DNA of 64,000 nt from Mobula hypostoma (Eukaryota), in contig NC_086108.1 of assembly GCF_963921235.1 (NCBI RefSeq), positions 51,710,001 through 51,774,000 of the forward strand, read 5' to 3'. How positions within the stretch are numbered: position 1 is the stretch's first letter; the number at the start of each line of letters is the position of its first letter. The notes below the pieces were generated by a model. The model was not told where the DNA came from. It made no database searches and was given only the letters and a program-made list of their open reading frames with translations. The position numbers and the translations under genes are program-made. Positions 13,080 to 26,500 of this stretch are shown here, one piece after another.

Positions 13080-14545
13080 ATTGAGAACTAAAAACACTAC
13101 AAGAAAGGAAAAGATGAAATATGAGGGCAAGCTAATTAATAATATAAAGCAGGAAAATAACTTTTTTTCAGTAAAGAATAAAAAGGAGGTAAGAGTTAAT
13201 ATTAGACCTCTGGAAAATTATGCTGGTGAGGTAGTAATGGGGGACAAAGAAATGGCAGATGAATTTAATAAGTACTTTGCATCAGTCTTCACTGCGGAAA
13301 ACACTAGGAGTGTGCCAGAGGTCCGAGAGTGTCAGGGAGCAGGAGTGAGTGCCATTGCTATTACAAAGGAAAAAGCTTGAGGCCAACTCAAAGATCTTAA
13401 GGTGGATAAATCACCTGGACCAGATGGACTACATCCCAGAGTCCTGAGAGAGATTTCTGAAAAGATAACGAATGCATTGGTCATGATCTTTCAAGAATAA
13501 CTTGATTCTGGCATGGTCCTGGAGGACTGGAAAATTGTAAATGTCCACTGTTAAGAAGGCAGGAAGGCATTTCCTTTTAAGAAAGGCAATTATACGCTAG
13601 TTAGCCTTAACCTCAGTGATTGGAAAAGTGTTGGAGTATATTATTAAGTATGAGGTTTCGGGGTATTTGGAGACTAATGATAAAATAAGTCAAAGTCAGC
13701 ATGGTTTCTGTACAGGGAAATCTTGCCTGACAAATCTGTTAGAGTTCTTTGAGGAAGTAACAAGCAATAACAATGGAGAGGCAGTGGATGTCATTTATTT
13801 TGATTTTCTGAAGGCACTTGATAAAGTGCCACACATGAGGCTGCTTAAGATAAAATCCTATGGCTTTACAGGAAAGATACTGACATGGATAGAGGAATGG
13901 CTGACAGGCAGGAGTGAGCGAAATGGATAAAGGGGGCCTTTTCTGGTTGGCTGTCAGTGACTAGTGGTGTTGCTCAGGGATCAGTATTGGGACCACTACT
14001 TTTCATATTGTTTGTCAGTGATTTAGATAATGGAATCGATGGCTTTGTGGCAAAGTTTGTAGATGCGAAGATAGGTGGAGGGGTAGGTAGTGCTGAGGAA
14101 GCAATGCAATCTCAGCAGGAGTTAGGCAAATTGGAAGAATGGGCAAAAAAGTGGCAGATGGAATAGTGTTGGGAAATGTATGATAATGCATTTTGGTAAA
14201 AGGAACAATACAGCAGACTATTATCTAAATGGGAAGAAAATTCAAACATCAGCGATGCAGAGGGACTTGGGAGACCTTGTGCAAGACTCTCAGAAGTTTA
14301 ATTTACGGGTTGAGTCTGTGGTAAAGAAGGTAAATTAGCGTTTGTTTCAAGGGGTATAGAATATAAAAGGAAGAAGATAATGCTGAGCCTTTATAAGATA
14401 CTAGTCAGGCCACACTTGTCATCAAAGGACATGGCAAGAAGGCAGGTGCATGGGGTTAAGTGGGATCCGGGATCAGCCATGATAGAATGGTGGAGCAGAC
14501 TTGATGGGCTGAACGGCTGAAATTCTGCTCTGATGTCTTCTGGTT
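13080..14545 (+). mobile_element. Decayed CR1-like LINE (same subfamily as 9350-11730)
   Basis: ORF remnants QHGFCTGKSCLTNLLEFFEEVT, DVIYFDFLKALDKVPH and SGVAQGSVLGPLLFILFVSDL are RT motifs. Confidence 0.9.
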
Positions 14546-14897
14546 TTATTTACAATGTAAACCTGTCTTGTGTCTCTGGGAGGAATAATCATCACCATGT
14601 GCCCACAGGCAACTGCACAACATTTTCTGTTTCAGTCAAATCCCCGGCTGTTCTTCTAAGCTCCAGCAAGTGTAAATCTAACCTCTCTAGTCTTAAAGAC
14701 AACCTTCCTATTTCTGATATTAATTCAGTAAACTTCTCTAAACTATTTCCAAGGCATTAACATTATTAAATAAGGACAATACCATACACAGTACTCCAAC
14801 CATGGCACTGTCATGGGTCAGGTATAGATAATATCCCATTTCTTTTTCAAGCTTACTCCATTTACCACAGAACATTCAACTTACATGTGGCCCTTTT

Positions 14898-17236
14898 CTT
14901 TCTTTTTAAATCTTTTTATTAATTTTCAGAATTATAAACACAATGATGATACAAAGAGATTGGAATAATCTTAATAAACATACAAAAAAGATTTTAAGTA
15001 ACAGGTATAATAGACTTCCAAACTCGTAATGAAATTGGTCATAAACAGAAAAAAGAAATAAAAAATATATAAACAAAGAAAAACCCCCAAAAGAAAAAGA
15101 AAGATAAACTAAATACTAAACCCAGAAAAAAGCAAACAGAACAAAACAGGGCTAGAGCAATATCTTGAATCAGACACGTTCAGTAATGTCGTCAACTCCT
15201 CTATTCATACATTTTAAGTTAATAAAGAAGGTTCGGAAAGGTCAAATTACATCATATGAAAATGTTGCATGAAAGGTTTCCAAGTTTCTTCAAATTTAAC
15301 CAAAGGATCAAAAATATCACTTCTAATTTTTTCGAAGTTTAAACTTAATATAGTTTGAGAAAACCACTGGAATGTAGTAGGAGTATTGGTTTCCTTCCAG
15401 TTCAATAAAATAGATCTTCTGGCCATTAAAGTAAGAAATGCTATCATCTGACAGGCTGAAGAAGACAAAGATCTATGTTCTACCATTGGCAATCCAAAAA
15501 TTGCCGTAATAGGATGGGGTTGTAAATCAAAACATAGAACTGTTGAAATAATATCATAAATATCTTTCCAATATTTTTCCAAAAGAGGACAGGACCAAAA
15601 CATATGAGTTAAAGAAGCCACCTCGGAGTGACATCTATCACAAATAGGGTTTATATGGGAATAAAAGTGGGCTAATTTATCTTTAGACATATGGGCTCTA
15701 TGCACTACTTTATATTGTATTAATGTATGTTTAGCACATATAGAAAAAGTACTAACTAATTGAAAATATCCCATTTCGCTATAGGTAGACAAAGTTGAAG
15801 TTCCCTTTCCCGTTCATTTTTAATTTTATCAGATATACCTGGCTGTAATTTCATAATTATATCATAGATAACTGCTATTAATCCCTTCCGAAAAGGATTT
15901 AAACCTAAAATTTTATCAATTATATCAGTAGGATATGAAGTTGGAAAGGTAGGCAACATAGTATTTTTAAAAATTTATTTGTAAGTATCTAAAAAAGATG
16001 GGATCTAGGCAAATTGAATTTCATAGATAACTGCTCAAAAGGCATAAAACAGTTATCCAGAAATAAGTCATGAAAACATGTTATACCTTTCATTTTCCAT
16101 ATCAAAAAGGCTTGGTCCATAACCGAGTGTTGAAAAAAGAAATTAGATATAATAGGACTTGATAACATAAAATCGTTCAGGCCAAAAAATTTACAAAACT
16201 GAAACCATATTCACAATGTATGTTTAACTATAGGATTAAACATTTGTTTATTCAATTTAGATAGTACAAAAGGCAGTGAAGTTCCTAAAATGGAAGCTAA
16301 AGAAAACCCCCGTACAGAGTGGCCTTCAAGGTTTACCCAATGTGGGCTTGGAGTTATATTCCAATCTTGTGTCCAAAATATCAAATATCGAAGATTAATT
16401 GCCCAATAATAAAATCTTAGGTTAGGCAGTGCCAAACCACCATCTTTCTTGGATTTCTGTAAAGATTTTTTACTTAATCTGGGATTTTTGTTTTGCCATA
16501 TATAAGAGGAAATTTTGGAATCAATAATATCAAAAAAGGATATAGGAATAAAAATTGGTATCATTTGAAATAAACATAAAAACTTAGGTAAAATAATCAT
16601 TTTAATAGCATTGATTTGGCCAATCAATGATAGAGACAATGGGGACCACTTAGTAATCAGTTGTTTGACCTGATTAATTAATGGTAAAAGGTTAAAATTG
16701 AATAGATCCTTGTGTCTCTTAGTAATTTTAACTCCTAAATAAGTAAAATAGTCAGTAGTCACTCTAATTGGAAAATTTCTATAAATGGGAACCTGCATAT
16801 TTAATGGAAAAGTTCACTCTTACCTAGGTTCGGTTTATAACCAGTAAAACTACTAAACTGAGCAAGCAAAGTTAATACTGCCGGAATAGATTTTCCTGGG
16901 TTAGAAATATATAATAGTAGATCATCTGCATGTAGTGATAATTTATGAGTCTCATTTCCACGGGTAATGCCAAATATATTAGGGGAGTCAAGAATGGCAA
17001 TAGCTAGCGGTTCCAAAGCAATATCAAATAGTAGTGGACTGAGAGGACAGCCCTGCCTAGTACCACGGAATAGATGAAAAAGAGGGGATCTATGATTATT
17101 AATAAATACGAAGCCAACTGGGTGAGATATATCAGTTTAATCCAAGATATAAATATCAAACTAAAATTAAATTTCTCAAGGGTGTTAAATCAGTATGTCC
17201 ATTCAACTCTGTCAAAAGCTTTCTCAGCATCCTATA
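14898..17236 (-). mobile_element. 5'-truncated L1/Tx1-clade LINE (RT C-terminal half, zf-RVT-like region, 3' UTR)
   Basis: Minus-strand remnants DAEKAFDRVEW, RGTRQGCPLSPLLF, LHADDLLLY, YLGVKI, GGLALPNL and CDRC...HMFWSCP. Flanked by a direct repeat TGGCCCTTTT at 14888-14897 and 17237-17246. Confidence 0.9.
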
Positions 17237-17914
17237 TGGCCCTTTTATAGCCTCTTTATGTCCTCTTCACCACTTGCTTTCCAAACTATCTTTGCATTAC
17301 AGGAAATTTGGTAATTATGCATTCCAGATTGTTTGACTGTCCTGTATGCTATTTGTAACTTCTTGTCACTCAGTAAAAGGTGTATTTATGTCTACTGTTT
17401 CCATGTTAGTTGGCCAGTCTTCTATCTATACCAGAATGGCAGCCGTTGCATTATGAAGTCATCTGCAATAATCTTTGATGTAATATTTCATCAAATATCT
17501 TATGACAAACTTAGTACTTCCACCAGTTCCACTTTACCAACCCTGCAGGTTACTTCAAAGGACTCCAATAATTTGATCAAATGTGATTTCCCTTTCACAA
17601 AACCATATTATCTGACAGTGCCAGATTATCTTGCACTAGTTGAAATTTATTATGCTGTCCTTGGGTTAACTTCTTGTTCTTGCTCCCCTTATGGCCTCAC
17701 CAAATTTATTTTTCCCATTTCCCATTTTATATTTCCCATTTCTACCACTAAGTGCTAGCCATGCTGATTCCATGTTAAAATCAGCAGCAGTTCCACAGAC
17801 TGCACAGCGGTGCCACATGGCTCCATTAATGTGGGTTAAATACTGATATATGAGAAGAGTTTGCATGTACCTCAGTACTCTGGTTTACTCCCACATGTCA
17901 AACATAGAGTTTAT

Positions 17915-18600
17915 TGGTCATGTACTTTGGAAGAGGAATAAAGGCGTAGATTTTTTTCTATGCAGGGAGGGAGTTCAGAAATCAGAAGTGCAAAGGAATA
18001 TTAAAGTCCTAGTGCAGGATTCCCCAAACATTAACTTGCAGGTTAGGTCTGTAGTGAGGAAGGCAAATGCCATGTTAGCATTCACTTTGAGAAGAGTGCA
18101 ATGTAAAAGCAAGGATGCAATGCTGAGGTTTCATTGATGTGGTCAGACCACACCTGGAGTACTGTATTGTGAGCAGTTTTGAGACCCATATCTATGAAAG
18201 GATGTGTTAGCATTTGAGAGGGTCTAGACAAGGTTTACAAAAGTTATCCTGGGAATTAAAGGGTTAACATATGAGGAGCATTTTTTTTTTGGCTTTAGGC
18301 TTGTACTGGCCGCAGTTTAGAAGCAGGTGTGATCTCATTGAAACATAACATAATGAAAAGCCTAGATATAGTGGATATGTTTATGAAAGTAGGAGAGTCT
18401 AGGACCAGAGGGTGGTGAATCTGTGCAATTCATTGCTACAGACAGTTGTAGAGGCCAATTCATTAGGTATATTTAAGGTGGAGGGTAATAGGTTCTTGGT
18501 TGGTAAGGGTGTTAAATGTTACATGGAGAAGGCAGGAGAATGAAGGAAAATAAAACAGCGAAGCAGACTCGATGGGCTGGCGTGCCTAGTTCTATCCATA
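17915..18600 (+). mobile_element. Decayed CR1-like LINE 3' fragment
   Basis: Matches the 3' part of the 9350-11730 copy (VVRKANAMLAF; tail gcagactcgatgggct). Confidence 0.8.
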
Positions 18601-19409
18601 AGTGCATGAAGACTGCTTACTTTTACTTCCGAAATGATTGATTCAGTTCCTGTTGTTGAAACTATCATTTCCATTCTAAAGTACTCTTTACTTCTTTCAG
18701 TAATCTTGAAGTCATCAAAAATGCTACTGCCCATTTCTACTGTGCATCAAGTTACAGTTTCTCATCTTTTCTTTGCTGACTAATCTACAAACTTTGTAGG
18801 TTGATTGCCTATTAGGCTGATACATGAAATTATCACTTACTTTCAAATATTTCTATGGTTTTGCTCCTCCTGCATAATCTGCTCCAACCCTAAAACCTCT
18901 CCAAGATGTCCAAGCCCTTCTAACTCCAGTTTTGTAATCACTGAATTTGTTGCAGCATTGGCAGTCGTGCTGTCAATTGCCTTCTCGAAATCAGATAGTA
19001 CTGCCACAAGCACCACTAAGATCACTGGTGGATGTGCCTGTCACTGGCGATGCCTGAGTCTTTCTGGTTTTCCCATTTGTTTCTAAACTGAAGAGTCAGC
19101 AGTCTAAACTGGCTTGTAATACTGGCATTGGTTAGTAATAGTAAATATTTAGCAACCAGAAGTTAGAACTGAAAATGATTCGAGATATCTTTTACAATAA
19201 TCTCTGCTATCCAGCAGTTTTGTAATGAAATTATCACAGTTCTGATTTGGAGGTACTTATAATCTGTCTAAAAAGGAAATATTGAGCCAAATTGTCCGTG
19301 GGGAAACTAACATCTGGCAAACTTAGCTGGCTGTGGGACAACCACTATAAATATTCCCCACCCCTAAAAAAGGAATGTTTATCTTTGAATTTACTCCTCT
19401 TTGATGCAA

Positions 19410-20590
19410 GTTGAACAGTGGATGCGGTGTCTATAGATTTCATTAAGGCATTTGATAAGGTTCCCCATGTGAGACTCATTCAAAAAGTAATGAGGCATGG
19501 GATCCAAGGAGATTGTGCTTTGTGAATCCAGTATTGCTTTGCCCTCAGAAGGCAAAGTGTGGTTGTGGATGGTTCATATTTTGCATGGAGGCCGGTGACC
19601 TATGGTGTTCTGCAGGGATCCATTCTGCGACCCCACCTGTTTGTGAGTTTTATAAATGACCTGGATGAGGAAGTAGAAGGGTGAGTTAGTAAGTTTGCTG
19701 ATGATACAGAAGTTGGAGGGTTGTCAGAGGTTACAGCGGGACATCGATAGGATGCAGAACTGGGCTGAGAAGTGGCAGATGGAGTCTACCCGGGTAAGTG
19801 TGAAATGGTTCATTTTGGTTGGTCAAATTTGAAGATGGAATATAATATTAATGGTAAGACCGTTGGCAGTGTGGAGGATCTGCGAGATCTTGGGGTCCAT
19901 GTCCATAGGTCGCTCAAAGCTGTCACACAGGATGACAGTGTTGTTAAGAATGCGTATGGTGTGTTGGCCTTCATCAACAGTGCGATTGAATTCAAGAGCC
20001 ATGAGATAATGTTACAGATATATAAGAACTTAGTTGGAACCCACTTGGAGTATTGTTCAGTTCTGGTCACCTCACTACAGGAAGGATGTGGATGCTATAG
20101 AGAGAATGCAGAGGACATTTACAAGGATATTGCCTGGATTGGAGAGCATGCCTTATGAGAATAGGTTGAGTGAATGTGGTCTTTTCTCCTTGGAGCGACG
20201 GAGGATGAGAGGTGACCTGATAGAGGTGTATAAGATGATGAGAGGCACTGATCATGTGGATAGTCAGAGGCTTTTTTCCAGGGCTGAAATGGCTAACATG
20301 AGGGGGCATAATTTTAAGGTGCTTGGAAGTAGGTACAAGGGAGATGTCAGGGGTAAGTTTTTCACACAGGGAGTGGTGAGTACCTGGAATGCACTGCCGG
20401 CGAAGGTGGTAGAGGTGGATACAATAGGGTCTTTTAAGAGATCCTTAGATTGGTAAATGGAGCTTAGAAAACAAGAGGGCTATGCGGTAGGGAAATTCTA
20501 GGCAGCTTCTAGAGTAGGTTACGTGGTCCGTACATTGTTGTCCAAAGGGCCTGTAATGTGCTGTCAGGTTTTTTATTTCCTATGTTCTCT
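19410..20590 (+). mobile_element. CR1-like LINE 3' portion (younger subfamily)
   Basis: Contains KFADDT, KCEMVHFG and WSPHYRKDV...LFSLERRRMRGDLIEVYKMMRG...WNALP, followed by the 3' tail. Confidence 0.9.
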
Positions 20591-23451
20591 TGCAGCGTTA
20601 ACTGTAGCAAGACTTAAATCATCAAAAGCACTATCTTATTCATGTTATTTGTACCTTACTGTATGTGAATGGAAGTTCATGTCAGTGATTCTCTACTACT
20701 TTAGTCAGTACTGTTGAAAAGAGGCTGCATTGGCCACCCAGCATATCGTTCAGTTAGGGAAAAGCACATTAGGTATTAAAATGATGAGACAATCATTTTG
20801 AAAGAGTGTACCAACCAAATCAATTCACTAATGGTATAATGAAGGATAAAATTAAACTTGTTTGCTGCTAGAGAGAATGGCCATTACTGAAAAGAAGCAT
20901 GTTTGCTCTCACTCCTCCAAAAAAAAAGGCAGTTATGGTAACAGTTTTAAAGTGCAGAGTGGTTTTATAATTATCACATTGCAGTTAAAAATATGGTGTT
21001 GGTGCAACATTTTAGTCAGTTTTAATCTGGACTAGATTAAGGACATCAGAGAAGCAGTAAAGAGTTGATGTCAATTTAACTGCTTGATATCACTCTTACA
21101 AATATCACCTTTTTTTACCTTTTAGCTGTTTAAAGCCAATTATCAAATTGTCATGTTGTGATTTGAACTCATTTCCTGGTTTATTAGTCCAGGCCAACTG
21201 ATTGCTATTCCATTAACATAGTCATTATATCACTTCATCCAACCGTTAGAACTAAAGAATATCAATCAGCCATAGCTTGTTTCCTGTTGTAAGACCATAG
21301 CTAATTGTACCACAGATCCATTCAGTGACTTGTGTCCCATTGTTGATCTGATATCAGTAACATTTTTTGGGTTAGGTGTTCCAGATGTCTACTCTGTGTG
21401 AGTGGGAAAAGGATTTATTGATCTCACTCTGTGATGGCCTAGCTCTGGACTGGGTAGCTTCAAGACTTTGTATTAATTTTAAAAAGTATGATGGAATTAA
21501 CTTGTTTTCTTACTTGCTAATTCACTGAGAACTTACAAGTAGCATAGCAGAGGAATGACCCCTTTTCATTTTGGTAGTCAGTAATTATTTTAAGCATAAT
21601 TTAAGCACTCCCTGGGTGAAAAGACATAATGTACTTCATCTTCTGAACCATTTGAGAACCATGCCTTAACTAACAGACTCAAAAGAACACCCCCTACTGT
21701 ACTTCCATTTCACACAACATCCATCCTCCCGGCCTCTCTACACGAGGTCGTCCAATTATGCCAGTGATTTAGGAATTATGTAAGGTTTATTGCAATGGGT
21801 TTCAACGCCGCAATGATTGATATTGATCCGACCCAGATTAGGATGCTTAAACTCTGATTTGATTAATATTTAATATCCATCGGAGAGGAACCATCTAGCC
21901 AGCGCCAAATTGGATTTAAACTCGGGTACTGCGTTTGAGATTACAACATTTTGGCAGGTTGAAATAAAATACTTATCTGTGGAATTATGTGAAAAGAAAA
22001 TAGGAACACAACATTAAAAGGACTTGTTCTTTGCAGCCTACCCCTAAATAGGGTGAATTCACGGTTACATAGATCTGCATCATCTGCTGAGAGAAAGTAG
22101 CTCTTTCGCTCGGCTGACAACTTAAATTACGCCATAAGAATTTGATCAGTATTAGCCCTGAAATCGGTGCGCTTAAGGCACGATATTTAACAAGTACTCC
22201 ATTTAATCAGAATTAGAGTTTAAACATTTTTTAAAAATGTCAATGACAGCGCGGCATTTGAAAGTTACAGTTACTATATCCCACCTCAGCAATGTGTAAT
22301 GAAATGAATTTGCCAAATGCGTAATCTGGACGACAGATTGTACCCTGCGCTTTTACGGGGATTGTGGTCCGGTATTATTTTTTAGTGTATAGCTAAATTA
22401 TGCGCGCATTGTTCCAAAAGAGTTAACAAAGCCCATGTTGCACCTTGTAACCCAGACACCTCGAATTAATAGGAATACAATATCTGATACACTGAAACAC
22501 ATAATTGGAGACGAGTAGTTTTCTTTGCCTTGGTTATTCTTAAACTAACAATATCAAAGTGAAATGTGTTTTAGGCTGAAGAAACAGTTGATTCAAGCAT
22601 GTGTTAATTTCCAGTAAACACATTATACTGCAGAATGTAAAATTGGGATTTTCAAATTAAGCGGTTGTTGTCACTAGTTATAGAAGCAAAAATTGGTTTC
22701 AAATAGTTTTGAAGAAGTGGGACTTCGCAGTAGTTGCAGGGATAGTGCTGTTTAGAACTAAACAGCCCCGGATTACTCAGTTAAACTTGATTTATCAAAT
22801 CTTTCTCTAAAACCGTGTTTATTTCCGCCTATTTAAGATACCGGCCGAAATTTGTATTTCAGAGTTACTCTCACTGCTGGCTAATTTAGTATTCAACTTG
22901 AAGTAGGCGAGTATATTCGCCGAAGCATGAAATTGCATGTATATTTGCACAAAATAATGTATAAAGATAATTGTTCCATTCTTTATACTACAGGATGACA
23001 ATGGCAGTTGTGATTCTATGGAGTACCATTTACTGATTTGTCTAAAATGAACAATATGGAATTAAAATACAACAATGGCGGCTTGATTCAAATGATGGAA
23101 TATTATGCTTATCTTATTCGCCACTTAGGAGTGATAATTATAAAATGGCCGGATTGTGCGATCGATTCCGATCATAATAAGGATCTGCGTTTTTCCAAAT
23201 ATTCTGTAGCAGTATGAGTAAAAGATGGTGTGTACGAATGCTGAACATATACCAAAGCATTGCTACAGAATACCGAATTATGCTGTCAGGATCTCTGTTC
23301 CAATGATGCTTTTACTTCGGCCCGAATGGCCTGTGGAGAGTGAACGAGTTTACAGTACAGGTTGTCGATGTCAGACTGGTCTTGGTAAGTATTCCAAGGT
23401 GTCTCAGATTGCTGTATCTTTCATGAACTGAGACTTAGTTACTGTACTTTA

Positions 23452-23577
23452 GAGCAACGCACAAAATGCTGGAGACAGCATCTATGAGCGTGAATCAACA
23501 GTCGACGCTGCGGGCTGAGTCCCTCCTTCTGTACTGGAAAGCAAGGGTGGGGGGGGGGGGCGGCGACGCCAGAATAA
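23452..23577 (-). mobile_element. Penelope-like 3'-tail fragment
   Basis: Homologous to the reverse complement of 46170-46300; 12-bp TSD TACTGTACTTTA at 23440-23451 and 23578-23589. Confidence 0.75.
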
Positions 23578-26500
23578 TACTGTACTTTAAATGTTTCTAA
23601 CGTCTGACTGGCGCCCTCAAAATACTTAAAAATATAGCACACCGATGGAAGATCTGCGCGCAGATTGAGTGAACTCAGCCCGCTATTCTGAAGACTGTGT
23701 TGACAGCGCGACAATAAAATTAGGTTCTTCCAAGTCAAAATCAGTTCTGGATAAGTAAGGATCGCAGATTCTTGTGCGCAGTATAAATATAACTAAGAAA
23801 TGGAGACGGGGGCGATCTACCTCTTGTGTCTAGAACGGCATTTTTAACCTAATAATCCCCGGTTCACTGTTCTCCGGGGCCCCCATTGTAACAGTGTACG
23901 CCAATACCACTGGGTAACCATGGTTAAATAAATCAAATGCATGCACTCTTCAAGCAAAGATCTCTAAAAGGGTCAAACAATCAGATTTAATCTAAACGGG
24001 TTGCTTCAAACACGTGGGAGAGACGATGAACATAAGCAATGTTGGTCTTAAATTTCTATTCATAACCCGCAGGTCCTTTTCCATAATGAACAACATACAG
24101 TGATGCTTAACACAGCGAGAGTAAATTAGCTGAGTAGTTTTCCCCAACAAAAGAAAACTTTTTTGCTAGTACTGTAGACGATTCCCGTTAAAGTCCTTCT
24201 GATTTTTGTAGAGACAGTCTTCCCAGACATGTTGGAACGGATTATGTAATCTGAGAAGTGGCTGGACAGTGAATTCAACCTTTCTTCTGGAAACGTCGCC
24301 TCTGGCAGTGCAATGTGCAATCGCATTTTGTTTTTTTTTTGCTATTGTATGCATGTATTTAATATTAAGCAGCATTAAATCTTGTAGCTATTTTTAGGAA
24401 GAGTTGTGCATTGCAACAAATTCATAGAGTATTAATCTCTTACATTTGGCGTTAATTATCTTCAGTGTTTCCCTTATTTAACCTGGTAGTAAATTGCATG
24501 GTTACCTTTTAAATTTTGTGTTTAGAAAAGTTCAGGGCGGAGCGCGGAGGGTCGTAAATCGCCTTACATTAAACGGATTCCCCCAAATCCTGGTTCTTAC
24601 CAAGATATCGTCAGATAACTGTGAAAAAAAAATCGCTGTCGTTTTGCTGGTAAAAAAAATATGCGATTGACACACTGCAGTTTGTTTCATCCCGTGTCCT
24701 CGGGTTTTTCAATTTGATGAAATATTTGTAGCTTTACTGCATAAATCATTTTAAGTGGATGACGTTATCAAAGTCAAACAATTACGCATATTTTTAAAAT
24801 GACAATATTGATAGAGAACGATGGAGACAAAACAATCTGTCTTCAGGTTAAATAATTCGTGAGATGTGTTGCTATCAAGATTTACAATCGGGTAAAGAAA
24901 CATTCAAAATTGTAACACCGGAGACAATTGCAGGTGTTTGTTTTCTGATCTGATAACCCTTGAGAGTTTTTTATATATAAAAAAGGAGGCCATAAGAAAT
25001 ATATCTTCATTCAATAATCGACTTAATGTATTTATTTATTTTCCTCGTTTGCTATAAAAATTTCTAAATTTATAATGAAAATTAACTATTATCGCCCGAA
25101 GAGAATATTTGTCAAGCAAAACACTCTTCCATGTGGCATCTTTAAGCGCAGGACTGGTTAATTGCGTATTTATCAACAAATGTTGATCTATATTATGATG
25201 ATATTTACTAATTGATGCGGACAATCATAAATGCGACCTAACTTTAAAACAAATCAACCTTTGTTCTGAACATCAAAGAAAAAAATGTTGGAATTGCAAA
25301 TAAAATAAAATAATCTCATTCAGGTATATTTGTTATTCTGGGGTTCTCGAAAGTCTCGGCATGCTTAAAATCAAATTGGTTAATTATGTACCAGCAGAGA
25401 GAACCTTGGGTACGATATCAGAGTAATAGTTTTTAGACGACCTAAGCACCATCATATCAAATGTATAGACAATTTGAAAATCACCATTACCGCTTTGTTT
25501 TATGCGTGCATTTTGTGCAGTATGTAGAGTAATGTATGCATAGATGTCCTTGCTTCTGCGAGTGACTAATGACAATAACTTCATTAACCCAGTTTGTGTG
25601 CACTGTAGATATCTAATGCCAGGTTATTTGAAACTTTATCACCTCAGTTAGGAATGGAGAAATAACAACGTGTGAAATGGCTAGCTGCTGCATTATATTC
25701 GGTAAACACAGCGCATGTATTGATCTGACGGCAGGGCTGGCCACGTGAGCTCCCCTTTATTAATACCTGTTCGGCCTTTCTGATAAGAAAGTATCTTTTG
25801 TACGATTGGCATAGTTTCTTTAAAAATATTTGGAACATGCTTTCTAATACCCTGGCAACCTAAAGATGCGTTCAATGTGGGCTGGTTGGTGTATGTGGGA
25901 ATTTACAAATATGCACACAGAAGTGTACGTGAATGTGCAGATATAAGTACTATATGTGAATGTTATCCCTCTACTTAGCAATTATACAGTATACACAGTT
26001 TGGACAATTGCAGAAAGATTTAGCGATTCACCTACCTGTCTTCTGATTTACAACTCTTCGAATCCCGCACCATACTAACAATTTTACAGAAATCTCTTCC
26101 ACAAACATATCACAAAGAAATGAGTAAGCCTAGTTTTGGAGAGGTGTGAAGTAATCTATTTAGTCTCCATCTCTCACTATGAATGTTGTGATGATAACGA
26201 GACCTGCAGCAACACAGGCCATTTCATACATTCAGACAGATTCGCTAGAACAGGGGTTGAAAAATGCCTAGCAGTATACTGTAGATAATCGTCCACTCGT
26301 GGTCTTCAGCTAGAATATAAAATGCGATGTTAACAGAAGTGAAAAGGGGGGATGTTTTCATTAACGGGGTATAGTTCTGACGTGCGAGGGGATCATGTCC
26401 AAAAATATAGAATGCACAGTGATGTTATAATCAGTTTTGTTAACAGTTAGACTGAACAGGATTTATCAAGGATGTGTGCTATCTTATCTGCTTGTCACCA

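Noticed and set aside
15247..17016. Active retrotransposon ORF2
   Set aside because: 5'-truncated and broken by frameshifts and stops; no LINE in the window has an intact RT.
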